Shown here: positions 12,913 through 22,043 of the stretch, piece by piece
Position numbering within the stretch: the stretch's first letter is position 1
Layout of the letters: every line of letters starts with the position of its first letter
From: a virus
Lineage: Duplodnaviria > Heunggongvirae > Uroviricota > Caudoviricetes
Virus record (IMG/VR): IMGVR_UViG_2913167280_000003
Span: 1 to 64,000 of that record
Direction: 5' to 3' (one strand)
Length of the DNA stretch: 64,000 bases
Notes under the pieces: model-generated
Databases searched by the model: none
The model's input: only the letters and a program-made list of their open reading frames with translations
What the model was told of the DNA's origin: nothing
Translations under genes and position numbers: made by a program

Positions 12913-13023
12913 TCTACTTTAGTTGGAAATGGCTTGCTTCCATAACCTAAAGCAAGCCACTACACATTTACCTTAAGCACACGATAACATGCCAGAACAG
13001 GTTATTTTTGCACTATCAGGGAG

Positions 13024-13332
13024 TTAATATACTATCTGGTCTACATGATCACCAAAATCATCGTCGTCGTCCTCATCGCCACCATCTACAGATGGCCAAT
13101 CAACAAACCAGCCAGCGTAAAGATGCAGCGTTCGGAGAACATCACTTGCGGGAGAATCAAGGGTGTTAACGAATCCCATATAGCTATTGGGATTTGCCCC
13201 AGCTATGGCTTCAGCGATCATGTCCTCGGTAATGTCACCGGAGATAATGCTTAAACGCCCGGAAACTTCTTCATTATCATCAAACTCGACAATGGCATTC
13301 CCGCCTAATGGCGCTGCGATTTTAATCTGCAT
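13024..13332 (-). CDS. Small highly acidic protein at the 3' end of the dar operon
   Basis: 102-aa ORF whose start overlaps the ddrB stop; C-terminus DGGDEDDDDDFGDHVDQIVY. Confidence 0.45.
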   Translation of the reverse strand: MQIKIAAPLGGNAIVEFDDNEEVSGRLSIISGDITEDMIAEAIAGANPNSYMGFVNTLDSPASDVLRTLHLYAGWFVDWPSVDGGDEDDDDDFGDHVDQIVY

Positions 13333-16309
13333 TATTTAGCTCCTTTGCCACACCTAATAACAGTTCCAGCAATCCGTCACCATTCATCAGTGATGCGGCA
13401 GCGGCCTCTTTGTCATGATACAACTGAAGAGCCATAGAGAATACTTCCGTTGCTGACGTTTTGGAAATTGTCGGAGATTTTTGTCGAAATTTACCAGAAT
13501 TACTCACTGAGACAGGCGGGTATACCTTCGCCATATAAATATCACTCAATCGAGATCTGAAGCACCATTCAGGCTTGCCACGCCCACCGATATTAACGAA
13601 AGATGGCTTATCCCCTTCAACATTGGCCTTCAGGAATGACCTGGCTTTCTCTAACAAACCCGGGTTACTGTACTCGAGATGATGACCCAGCTCGTGCCAC
13701 AGTGCACTTGCATTTTCATCGTTCAAATTGACAGCAACAACACCATTTAGATTTGCATATGCCCTTCCCTGGTGGTGAACCACCTTTGATAAGGTCAATA
13801 TTTTCCCGCCGGTCAGGCGGTAAATATCAGCAAGTTCCTTGCGCAGGTCTATCCCTCCATTCTGTCCAGCGCGGGCTTCTTCCACTTTTTCCGTGATAAA
13901 AGAGTCGGCCCACTCAAGAGCTTTTTCTTCAGATACGGATGAGTTGGTGATCGCACTGTTCATGACAGATAACACTTTCTCGTGGATCGAATCCATACTT
14001 CGCTGATTCATTTGCCAGCGTGTCTGCGGGTTATATGAGAATCGCTTAAGTAGTTGGTCAAGATGCTCAAGTTCTTCTTCGCTGACATACTTTTTAGCCT
14101 CACCAATAATGCCGGGGAGAATATTGCCGTTAGGATTAAACGCTCGCGAAAGGAAGAGTTTCAGCGCCCCCATGCCCTCCGATGCTTCAATATCACCAAT
14201 AACCCGGTTAACAATGGCCGCACTCTTCGGATTAGCATCCGCCAACGCCCTGGCTACGATTTGCAGGGACGATACGACCTCACGCTGCATATCCGTCCTG
14301 ATCCCATCAATAAACTCTGGCGTTATGCCGTGCTCTTTAAGAATATCCCGGCCTTCCGCCGTTACCCCATCGATATCCCCGAGATGTTTATTAACCCGAC
14401 TTTGCAATGCCTTAAATGCCTTCAGAATTCCACGGGCATCATCCGCTTTACTAACGGCCTTCCTGAATGCTGGCAAGAGGTCTGAGTTAACCTCATTTTG
14501 TTGATCGGCCCACTGAATGGAGGCTTCTTTCATCTCGTCCAGAGTCAGATCACCCAACGCGGTATGGTCTGTGAATATGAGCGACAACCTCTGAACCATT
14601 TCTGACAATGGTGATGCCGAATGCGCCGCGCTAAGGAAGGCTTTCACCCTGGTTGGGCGAATGGAAAACCAGTCAATAGCTGGTGGCATATCTCCGTTTT
14701 GTATCGCCTGCGCTATCTCATCAAAGCCGTCGCGCCCAAGGGAGGATGCGTGATTTAACAATCCGCGAAGTAACGAATTACTGATACCGAATAATCGGCA
14801 CCATTTTTTCACGTCGGCAACAGGCATTCGGACAAAATGCGCAAGCACTTGTACAAGCTGCTCATCCTGGGGATCGGTGCGGGATAGCAGCCTGATCAGA
14901 TGAATAATGTCTTTGATACCGGATGCCCGATGTAATAGCAAGCTGGTATATGGAGCAACACCGTTGTAACTACCGTCGGAAGCTGACTCGAAAAGACCGC
15001 CGGATATCCCTTGCATGCCTTCGTTTTCCAGTTCCTGAGACACCTGGCGAAGGATATCCTGTAACGACACATCACCACCGCCAAACATATCCCCCAGCGC
15101 CTGGCCCTGGTGCTGTAACTCATCATTGATACGTTGCGCCATCAACTTAAAGGCGGTGGCCATACGCTTCGCGCTACGGTTATTCGCGACGATGAACAAC
15201 GCGAGTGCTTTCACTTCCGGGGCCGTTTCGCTGAACATATCCCCCTGAGCAATAACATCGGTAATATGCTGGCCTGACTCCTTCGATTGCCTTACCAGGT
15301 CTACCGCATCTTTCAATGCCGCCAGCGCCTTTTTATCGAGGCTATCCGCTGTTTCAATGCCATCAACGATAGTTGTCACAGCCTGCTTGTGCGCTTCTCC
15401 TGATAAAGCCTGCATCTGGACAAAATCATTGGCTGCCGCATTAAGCGCCGTCAGAACATTACGCATATCCGGATCAGGTTCTTCTGCAACCATCCTTACC
15501 AGGCGCGCATCCTTATATGCCTTGGCAAAGATCGCGTTTTGTATCCGGTCAACAAGTTGCCGTGTTGGTCGCCCATCTTCCGTTACAAGGCCAGCAGCCT
15601 GTGTGGCACCAACTTGCGTCATGAATCCGCGAATAAACGCGTCATTACTGCGGCTAAGCAGATCCCCGCTTTCTGACGGGTTAAACAGCGCCATCATCGC
15701 CGGAGTTATGCTGTCGGCATCAACAAAAGCCTTTTCACTGGCTGCCATTTCCTGGAGATCAGAAATATTTGAGTCCTTGGCAAACTGAACTCGGTCAACC
15801 TTCGTCAACCGGCGGCGCACCAGTACCGGAGCCGTCATTAATTCAACCTTTTCAGGGCGTATGCCGAATTCGGTCGCATGTTCAATCAGGTACTCCCGAT
15901 ACCGATCCGCATTACCGTCCTGATAGGCTTTAATGATCCCCATGGTCCGCCCATTACCTGACTCAACGGCATTGTCCTCACCAATTATCGGTGCGCCATG
16001 GCTGGATAAACCGGAATCGGTAAGCTGGGCAGGACGCAAATCCTTGGATATCTGGTTAACCTGAAGAAGGCTGGATGCGCGGGTCCGGTCGCGCGGCTGA
16101 AGTTCCTGGGGATAGTCTGGATTAATTTTCCCATCCAGAGTATTGGATACCAAAAGAGCTGAGGCATCGACGATATCAAACGCCGTTTTTACCTCGTCTC
16201 CCTTCGCTGTCACCACATACGAAACCCGCCCGTAATCGGGCAGGTTCTTTAGCAGCTCGATCAGCGTTTCTATGCTGGTGGCCATAACCACCTGATCGCT
16301 TAAGCTCAT
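13322..16309 (-). CDS. ddrB: DdrB-like large virion-associated protein with HEXXH motif
   Basis: 995-aa ORF last in the hdf-darA-ddrA-ddrB order; contains WHELGHHLEY (zinc-metallopeptidase-like HEXXH). Name by synteny. Confidence 0.55.
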   Translation of the reverse strand: MSLSDQVVMATSIETLIELLKNLPDYGRVSYVVTAKGDEVKTAFDIVDASALLVSNTLDGKINPDYPQELQPRDRTRASSLLQVNQISKDLRPAQLTDSGLSSHGAPIIGEDNAVESGNGRTMGIIKAYQDGNADRYREYLIEHATEFGIRPEKVELMTAPVLVRRRLTKVDRVQFAKDSNISDLQEMAASEKAFVDADSITPAMMALFNPSESGDLLSRSNDAFIRGFMTQVGATQAAGLVTEDGRPTRQLVDRIQNAIFAKAYKDARLVRMVAEEPDPDMRNVLTALNAAANDFVQMQALSGEAHKQAVTTIVDGIETADSLDKKALAALKDAVDLVRQSKESGQHITDVIAQGDMFSETAPEVKALALFIVANNRSAKRMATAFKLMAQRINDELQHQGQALGDMFGGGDVSLQDILRQVSQELENEGMQGISGGLFESASDGSYNGVAPYTSLLLHRASGIKDIIHLIRLLSRTDPQDEQLVQVLAHFVRMPVADVKKWCRLFGISNSLLRGLLNHASSLGRDGFDEIAQAIQNGDMPPAIDWFSIRPTRVKAFLSAAHSASPLSEMVQRLSLIFTDHTALGDLTLDEMKEASIQWADQQNEVNSDLLPAFRKAVSKADDARGILKAFKALQSRVNKHLGDIDGVTAEGRDILKEHGITPEFIDGIRTDMQREVVSSLQIVARALADANPKSAAIVNRVIGDIEASEGMGALKLFLSRAFNPNGNILPGIIGEAKKYVSEEELEHLDQLLKRFSYNPQTRWQMNQRSMDSIHEKVLSVMNSAITNSSVSEEKALEWADSFITEKVEEARAGQNGGIDLRKELADIYRLTGGKILTLSKVVHHQGRAYANLNGVVAVNLNDENASALWHELGHHLEYSNPGLLEKARSFLKANVEGDKPSFVNIGGRGKPEWCFRSRLSDIYMAKVYPPVSVSNSGKFRQKSPTISKTSATEVFSMALQLYHDKEAAAASLMNGDGLLELLLGVAKELNNAD

Positions 16310-16321
16310 CCCTGTTACGCC

Positions 16322-16687
16322 TTATGCTGCCTCTTTAATGTTGGCGGCTATCCATGCCGCCGTGTGCTGTTTAACCTGGTCCAGGTCGATGTATATGCCA
16401 ACATATTGACTCAAGTCCTGTAACGTACCGATAAATGCATCAGTGCTCTGATCGACGAATTTATCAGCCAGGAAATCAGCAACCAGTTTTGGCACACCAT
16501 CATGTTCCGAAGGTTGTTTCTCCTCGCCACTACCGCCGCCAGACGCGCCGTACCCCATCTGTTGCATGATCTGGTCAATTTCATCGCTGATATCCAGCAA
16601 CTCCATGCCACTCGCGGTAGCCGCTTTGGACATCAGAGCATCCAACTTATCGCTGAGGTCCATTAACTCAATAGCTGATAGTGTCAT
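16322..16687 (-). CDS. ddrA: DdrA-like protein
   Basis: 121-aa acidic ORF between darA and ddrB, overlapping the darA stop. Synteny only. Confidence 0.45.
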   Translation of the reverse strand: MTLSAIELMDLSDKLDALMSKAATASGMELLDISDEIDQIMQQMGYGASGGGSGEEKQPSEHDGVPKLVADFLADKFVDQSTDAFIGTLQDLSQYVGIYIDLDQVKQHTAAWIAANIKEAA

Positions 16688-18603
16688 GCCGCTACCCCCG
16701 CTTTCTGGATTGCTACCAGCAGATCAGCCAGGTGGCGAGCTGCACCGTTAACCAGCTCTTCGTTTTCCTCAAAACGCCCGGCAGCCTGAAGGGCTGTAAT
16801 CGCTTCCCGGACATTACCCCGGGCGTTACGGATCTCCGCCATGTCAGTGCTTTGCATATCCATCACGTTATTGAGATATTCAATGGCTTTATTAGCCTCT
16901 GCATCTGCTTCGCTAACCGTTTCATCAGGCTGTGCCGGGGCCGGTTCTGGCTGAGTAATCTCACCGACTTCGGCCTGCAATGCATTGATCATGCTCTGCA
17001 CCATTTTCTCGGTGCCAGCGCCCCCCGGAAACGCAATATTGGGGAAAGTTTTTTGAAACTGAGTTTTCAGCATGACGCGGAACTCGTCTGGTGAGCTGGT
17101 GGCCAGCTCCAGAGCTTTTTGTGCATATTTGCCAAACGGACCATTAGTAAGTGTCTTCGCCAGGAAGTCGAAAGAATCCTCGCGAGGCAATAACTTCAGG
17201 TCGTACTCACTCATTTGCTGATCAGAAAGCGGGGTATCGTAAGTAACAATGCCGTAGCGCGCATATTCATAATACGGGTCACCTTCATCAGGGCGCGGCA
17301 GAATTGCTTTGTTACCTTCAGGTATCGCGCCAGGGGCCGCCGGACGCATTTGCAGGGCATATCGATATGCACCTACAGAGACTTCTGGTTCAGGCGAAGA
17401 GCTGCCGGTATCCTCCACTGGTTCAGGTTCGACGTTTTCCGGTTTAGGTTCTTCTGGTTGGACTAGATATTCCGATACATTACCCGCTTTATAGGCTTTA
17501 AACAGCTTGCCGATCGCATCTGCCATGTCCACACCTTGTATGGATTTAGCCTTGATCATGTACACGCTGCCATCCGGATCGGTTAACTGGATATACCCTT
17601 CGCCGTCCCCAATGAATTGCTTCATTGATGCACCATTACTGAGCGTCGCTTCCCCGTCCATATGCATACGATTTTTGATACTGGCAAGGCGATCCGTCAG
17701 CGCGCGAGAGTGCCCACCAGTCATCCCCACTGGAGCAATGGTATCGCGCCCACCAGTGCGATTGAGCTGATCAATCTCCGCCTGCAAACGCTCATTTTCT
17801 TGATAAAGAGAATCCGCTTCCGAAGCAACCGCGTTAATTTTCTGCTCCAGATCTGCCTTCTGGCCTTCTACCGCTGTCACCTGATCCGCGAGGTCGCTCA
17901 TGGCATCCTCTTTCTGGTCACTGTCAGCCTGTAGTTGGGTTATTTCATCAACCAGGGCTTTTTTCTTCTTCTGCGCACGCTGGAATTTTGCCGAGTTTTT
18001 CTCTGCAAGGTTGGCAAGTTTCATGGTGACCTGCGCCAGCGTCATATCACGGCCACTCATCGGAGCAACGGTGTGAGTAACGTCTTTTTTATTCAGTAAG
18101 AACTGGAAAGCAACCAGCGTATCGCTATTGGTGATCCGGTTTTCCGCTGTCGGGCTATGAAACAAAATGCTGATAGTCTGACCATCACTGAGCGGAATAA
18201 TGGCTGGCAGGACCGGCAGACCATTAACGTTACGTGCCCGGCCAATTTCAGCGCCGCCGATCGCGCGCGCGCCGCTCTGGGCCACATCCCCCGTTTTATC
18301 ACTCCCCGCAGAGATTCCGGTACCATTCAGCTTCTGGTTCAATGCCCGGACAAATGCCTGCATAGTCCGGTGTAACTGCAAACGAGTAGAGCTAATCGCC
18401 TCCAGTAAATCCGTAGCACACCAGTGGATCGGCGTGTCATAGAAGAACGTAGCCTCGATTTCCTCCAGGGTGTTGGATTCCGTCATCAGATAGCGGTCCT
18501 CACCGGCCATTAATGCGCGATATTCATCATCAGTCACCGGCGGGGGAAGCACGTCAAGCCCAGGCTTAATCGTCACCCCTTTATTGATATTGAACTGTTC
18601 CAT
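16684..18603 (-). CDS. darA: DarA-like antirestriction/capsid morphogenesis protein
   Basis: 639-aa ORF, size and operon position as recalled for P1 darA. Confidence 0.55.
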   Translation of the reverse strand: MEQFNINKGVTIKPGLDVLPPPVTDDEYRALMAGEDRYLMTESNTLEEIEATFFYDTPIHWCATDLLEAISSTRLQLHRTMQAFVRALNQKLNGTGISAGSDKTGDVAQSGARAIGGAEIGRARNVNGLPVLPAIIPLSDGQTISILFHSPTAENRITNSDTLVAFQFLLNKKDVTHTVAPMSGRDMTLAQVTMKLANLAEKNSAKFQRAQKKKKALVDEITQLQADSDQKEDAMSDLADQVTAVEGQKADLEQKINAVASEADSLYQENERLQAEIDQLNRTGGRDTIAPVGMTGGHSRALTDRLASIKNRMHMDGEATLSNGASMKQFIGDGEGYIQLTDPDGSVYMIKAKSIQGVDMADAIGKLFKAYKAGNVSEYLVQPEEPKPENVEPEPVEDTGSSSPEPEVSVGAYRYALQMRPAAPGAIPEGNKAILPRPDEGDPYYEYARYGIVTYDTPLSDQQMSEYDLKLLPREDSFDFLAKTLTNGPFGKYAQKALELATSSPDEFRVMLKTQFQKTFPNIAFPGGAGTEKMVQSMINALQAEVGEITQPEPAPAQPDETVSEADAEANKAIEYLNNVMDMQSTDMAEIRNARGNVREAITALQAAGRFEENEELVNGAARHLADLLVAIQKAGVAA

Positions 18604-18604
18604 G

Positions 18605-19216
18605 TTAATTTCCTGCTTTCAGTTGCTTAAGACGGCGTTTTAGTTCGCCATTTCGGGCCTTTTCGTTATTGAGTCGGCCCGTCTCCTTATCCAGCTTCGC
18701 CCGCAAATCGGTGATCTGCTGTTGATTGAAAGACACCGAGTTCTGCGCGGACTTATAAGCGGCAGCCACCTGAGCATTCCTCTGTTTTGCCTCTTGAAGG
18801 CGCTGAAAATTGGATTTAACTGCCGGTTTCTTGTTTACCGGATTGGCAACACGTTTCGCTTTGGCGATCAGTGATTTCTGGAATTTTGCGGAGTTTTTGC
18901 GGGCCGCTTGCCCCATGACGGTACCAAGCGTCTTGATATCCGGCGACTGAGCGTTAGGAATAGCTTTTCCATTCAGTTTCACAGACGATATATCGCCAGT
19001 ATCGTTTACCTGTATGGCAAGAATTTGTCCGTCGTTAAGAACCAGCTTTGCGGTTTTAACTTTAACGCCATCTTTCGTTGTTGCGCGGTTGCTGGAGTCA
19101 ACCTCAATCACCGTCACACCGGTTTTATTGATCGCCGTGATAAGGGATTTCAGCCCCTTTTCATTAACCTGGTCAAAATCGACCGTTGTATACTTATTTT
19201 TCGTCATCTGACACAT
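18605..19216 (-). CDS. hdf: Hdf-like protein
   Basis: 203-aa ORF immediately upstream of darA, overlapping lydB. Confidence 0.45.
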   Translation of the reverse strand: MCQMTKNKYTTVDFDQVNEKGLKSLITAINKTGVTVIEVDSSNRATTKDGVKVKTAKLVLNDGQILAIQVNDTGDISSVKLNGKAIPNAQSPDIKTLGTVMGQAARKNSAKFQKSLIAKAKRVANPVNKKPAVKSNFQRLQEAKQRNAQVAAAYKSAQNSVSFNQQQITDLRAKLDKETGRLNNEKARNGELKRRLKQLKAGN

Positions 19217-19637
19217 CCTGTGCGAGATTTATTACGTAACTTCTGCGGATTTGCTGAGTAACAGGGAAAATCCGATACAACGGGTTAATGAACGAGTCGC
19301 CATGCGTAACCATGACGTTGAAATGCCACAGCCGTTCTCCTTTACCCATATATTCAGTGGGTATGTATAACCATTCGCTGTTTTCGCCCTGTTCAGCCGA
19401 TGTCAGACAACGTTGCTCGCCTTCAATCACTGTCGTCGGCTTCTGAACATCGCGGATCCAATACCTGACCGTTGCGCCGCGTAAAAAAGGAAATTTGGAC
19501 CGGTATTTGAACGGCACCCGGATGAAGCCCGGTTTAATTTCCACTTCACCAAGCTCTAAATTCGTGATGTCCTTGCGTTTTAGCAAATAGCGATCGGCTA
19601 AGGCTAACGCAAGAGCGCATACACCCCAGCCAATCAT
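19194..19637 (-). CDS. lydB: LydB-like antiholin
   Basis: 147-aa ORF immediately downstream of the holin-like gene with a 4-nt overlap. Synteny with P1 lydA-lydB. Confidence 0.5.
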   Translation of the reverse strand: MIGWGVCALALALADRYLLKRKDITNLELGEVEIKPGFIRVPFKYRSKFPFLRGATVRYWIRDVQKPTTVIEGEQRCLTSAEQGENSEWLYIPTEYMGKGERLWHFNVMVTHGDSFINPLYRIFPVTQQIRRSYVINLAQDVSDDEK

Positions 19638-19963
19638 TTCCCGCCTCCCTTTTTCACCAAACTTGTAAGAACATTCAGAATGCTATCGATATTCACTCGT
19701 TTCATCCCTGAAATCACCTCATGACCGTTATTGCTGGCTATCGTTACCATTAAGTACGTAATTGATAACTCCCAGCCCTCGTGTTGCCCCAATAGGTACG
19801 CCACCGCGCCAGCTGTCACTGCAACAAAGATCTCCGTAACCAATCCCAACAAATTGCCAGACTGGCGACCGTCTCGGACATCCATCAGGAACGTGCCTAT
19901 CCCACCAATTACTGAAAGCAGGAGCGCAATAGCAACTGGAGCTAATTCCTGTGTGTCAAGCAC
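19634..19963 (-). CDS. lydA: Holin (LydA-like)
   Basis: 109-aa protein with three hydrophobic helices (LAPVAIALLLSVIGGIGTFLM, IFVAVTAGAVAYLLG, ITYLMVTIASNNG) and a charged C-terminus. Confidence 0.6.
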   Translation of the reverse strand: MLDTQELAPVAIALLLSVIGGIGTFLMDVRDGRQSGNLLGLVTEIFVAVTAGAVAYLLGQHEGWELSITYLMVTIASNNGHEVISGMKRVNIDSILNVLTSLVKKGGGK

Positions 19964-20037
19964 AAGTTCCCTCCTACGTTGTCAGGAGGTAATGGTATGC
20001 AAAGTAACTTCTCAACCGGTCATGTTGCATAAGAGGC

Positions 20038-20301
20038 TTACCTATTCAACTGACTTTTGGAACCTTCAATAATGAGCCTGCTATTGGCGCTGAAAATAAG
20101 AACCATGCAGCTCTGAAGGCTTTCATTCATATCCTTATATTCCGCGAGATACATGCCAATAAAGCCAGCAAGTACGGCGGAAATACATTCGGCCAGCAAT
20201 TTCTTGCATGAAGGCTCGTAACGGTTTTCACATAGCCCAGTCAAATACGAATACACCCCACCAAGAAGGGATAACATCACGATATGTACATAAAATGTCA
20301 T
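20038..20301 (-). CDS. Small membrane protein (LydC-like position)
   Basis: 87-aa ORF with two hydrophobic segments between lydA and the cin remnant. Confidence 0.4.
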   Translation of the reverse strand: MTFYVHIVMLSLLGGVYSYLTGLCENRYEPSCKKLLAECISAVLAGFIGMYLAEYKDMNESLQSCMVLIFSANSRLIIEGSKSQLNR

Positions 20302-20429
20302 TTTTTACCTATACAACAGTAAGTTGAACAACATTTGAGAACGGTATGCACTTTGTGATTTCCACACACACTGGTTTTTGTTAATTAAAATCCGCAGCTT
20401 GCTATAAATAACGATAGTGAGCAGAAAAT

Positions 20430-20669
20430 ATGCTAATAGGCTAAGTACGCGTATCAACAAATGAACAAAACACTGCTTTGCAACGAAATGCCCTTAAAAG
20501 CGCAGGATGTGAGCTAATTTTTGAGGATAAGGCGAGCGGCAAAAAGGCTGAACGCCCTGGGTTAAAAAAGGTTCTGCGTATGCTTTCCAGAAGTGACACC
20601 CTGGTCGTATGGAAGTTAGAGCGTCTTGGGCGCAGCATACGTCACTTGGTTGTGCTGGTGGAAGATTGA
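20430..20669 (+). pseudogene. cin: Serine invertase (Cin/Gin/Hin family) remnant, nonsense at codon 5 and truncated after about 79 codons
   Basis: Reads MLIG-stop-VRVSTNEQNTALQRNALKSAGCELIFEDKASGKKAERPGLKKVLRMLSRSDTLVVWKLERLGRSIRHLVVLVED. TAA at 20442-20444 replaces the conserved Tyr5 codon and the frame stops at 20669; the rest of the enzyme is absent. Confidence 0.8.
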
Positions 20670-20906
20670 AAAGTTAGCAGTTATCACAGCTACCCGATCA
20701 CTATCCGGAGCAATGAAGAAGATAGCGAGAATGGAAGAAAACACCTAACAATTTGATACATGATATTTTTACACGAAGAGCGAAACTCCTTTTGCAGGAA
20801 ATGGTCGCAATTACCTTTATGATGAAGGGTTGTCAACAGTTATTCTATTTTTTATAATCCACAAAAAAACAATTCAGGGTATTTTATATAAAAGTCAAGG
20901 CAACAT

Positions 20907-21449
20907 ATGGATATTGATTTTCTTAAAGAGTGTCTCCTAGTTGAAGTTATTGGTGGGGGTAATAAACAATTCTCATGGCCTCGCGCCATTCGCCATGCCT
21001 GGCGGCAACCTAAACGCAGGTTTCTTTTTTGGTGGCGTATAGCATCTTATCTATATGATATGGACAACAAATATCTAAAAAAACTCGGAAAGAAAATTAA
21101 CAGAAATTTATCCTTTAAATACAATACTGATATTGAACTTGGAGCATCAATAGCTCCTGGATTATACATTGGACATTATAGTGGCATTGTTATTACAAGA
21201 TATGCAACGATTGGTAGAAATTTTAATATAAGGCAAAACACAACTATTGGTTTAAAAAATTCTAACACTAACAGAGTTACCATTGGAGATAATGTTAATA
21301 TTGGAGCAAACTCCTGCATAATCTCAGACCACATCACTATAGGTGATAATGTAAAAATAGGGGCTTTTACCTTTGTAAATAAAGATATACCTTCAAATTC
21401 AACTTATTACACCAGGAAAATCAATATATGCAAGGAAAGGGAGGCGTAG
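20907..21449 (+). CDS. Hexapeptide-repeat (left-handed beta-helix) acetyltransferase
   Basis: 180-aa ORF in an AT-rich segment. Tandem [LIV]-G-x4 repeats: IGHYSGIVITRYATIGRNFNIRQNTTIGLKN, TIGDNVNIGANSCIISDHITIGDNVKIGAFTFV. Confidence 0.75.
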   Translation: MDIDFLKECLLVEVIGGGNKQFSWPRAIRHAWRQPKRRFLFWWRIASYLYDMDNKYLKKLGKKINRNLSFKYNTDIELGASIAPGLYIGHYSGIVITRYATIGRNFNIRQNTTIGLKNSNTNRVTIGDNVNIGANSCIISDHITIGDNVKIGAFTFVNKDIPSNSTYYTRKINICKEREA

Positions 21450-21464
21450 CCCCCCCCTTCTTTA

Positions 21465-22043
21465 CTATTTCATAAATTCTGGCCACTCGATATTAGGAGC
21501 ATCGTCAGGGTTAACTCGGTTAAGTAACACCCGGTATCTTTTCCATTTTATCAAACTTACTTTCTCTTCTTCTGTAGCCATATCCAAATCGACAGCATCT
21601 TGCAGAGTGGCAATAATTTCACCTGCATATGCAATCTTCTCCTTCTTCTGAGACTCAGCCGCTCTTACAAATGCATCACGCTCTGCCTTCTCATCATTAA
21701 CCCACACATTTCCATTCCATTTTTGATAATCCCCATCCGGGAAAATAGCTGTCACGTCTGGAGGTAATGCGCCAAGTTCAGAAATATAAATGGCTGCACC
21801 CGTTTTCGTTTCGTAGACGGTCTTTCCGCGATGGTCCTCCACCAGATGCCATTTCATTTCATCAGCATTAAATACAGCAGCAAAACCTGCTGGAATATCT
21901 GGAGGCGCAATATCTGTGCTGTTTGCAGGAATACCCGTATGTGGAGGAATATATGCGTCACTTTCACCAATAAATTCATTTGTACCATCGAGATAATTAA
22001 ATACGCGAATAGTTTGTGCTTCTGCACTCATTTTAAAACTCAT
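21465..22043 (-). CDS. U: Tail fibre assembly protein (U-like)
   Basis: 192-aa ORF immediately downstream of and overlapping the tail-fibre gene. Assigned by position and size. Confidence 0.6.
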   Translation of the reverse strand: MSFKMSAEAQTIRVFNYLDGTNEFIGESDAYIPPHTGIPANSTDIAPPDIPAGFAAVFNADEMKWHLVEDHRGKTVYETKTGAAIYISELGALPPDVTAIFPDGDYQKWNGNVWVNDEKAERDAFVRAAESQKKEKIAYAGEIIATLQDAVDLDMATEEEKVSLIKWKRYRVLLNRVNPDDAPNIEWPEFMK

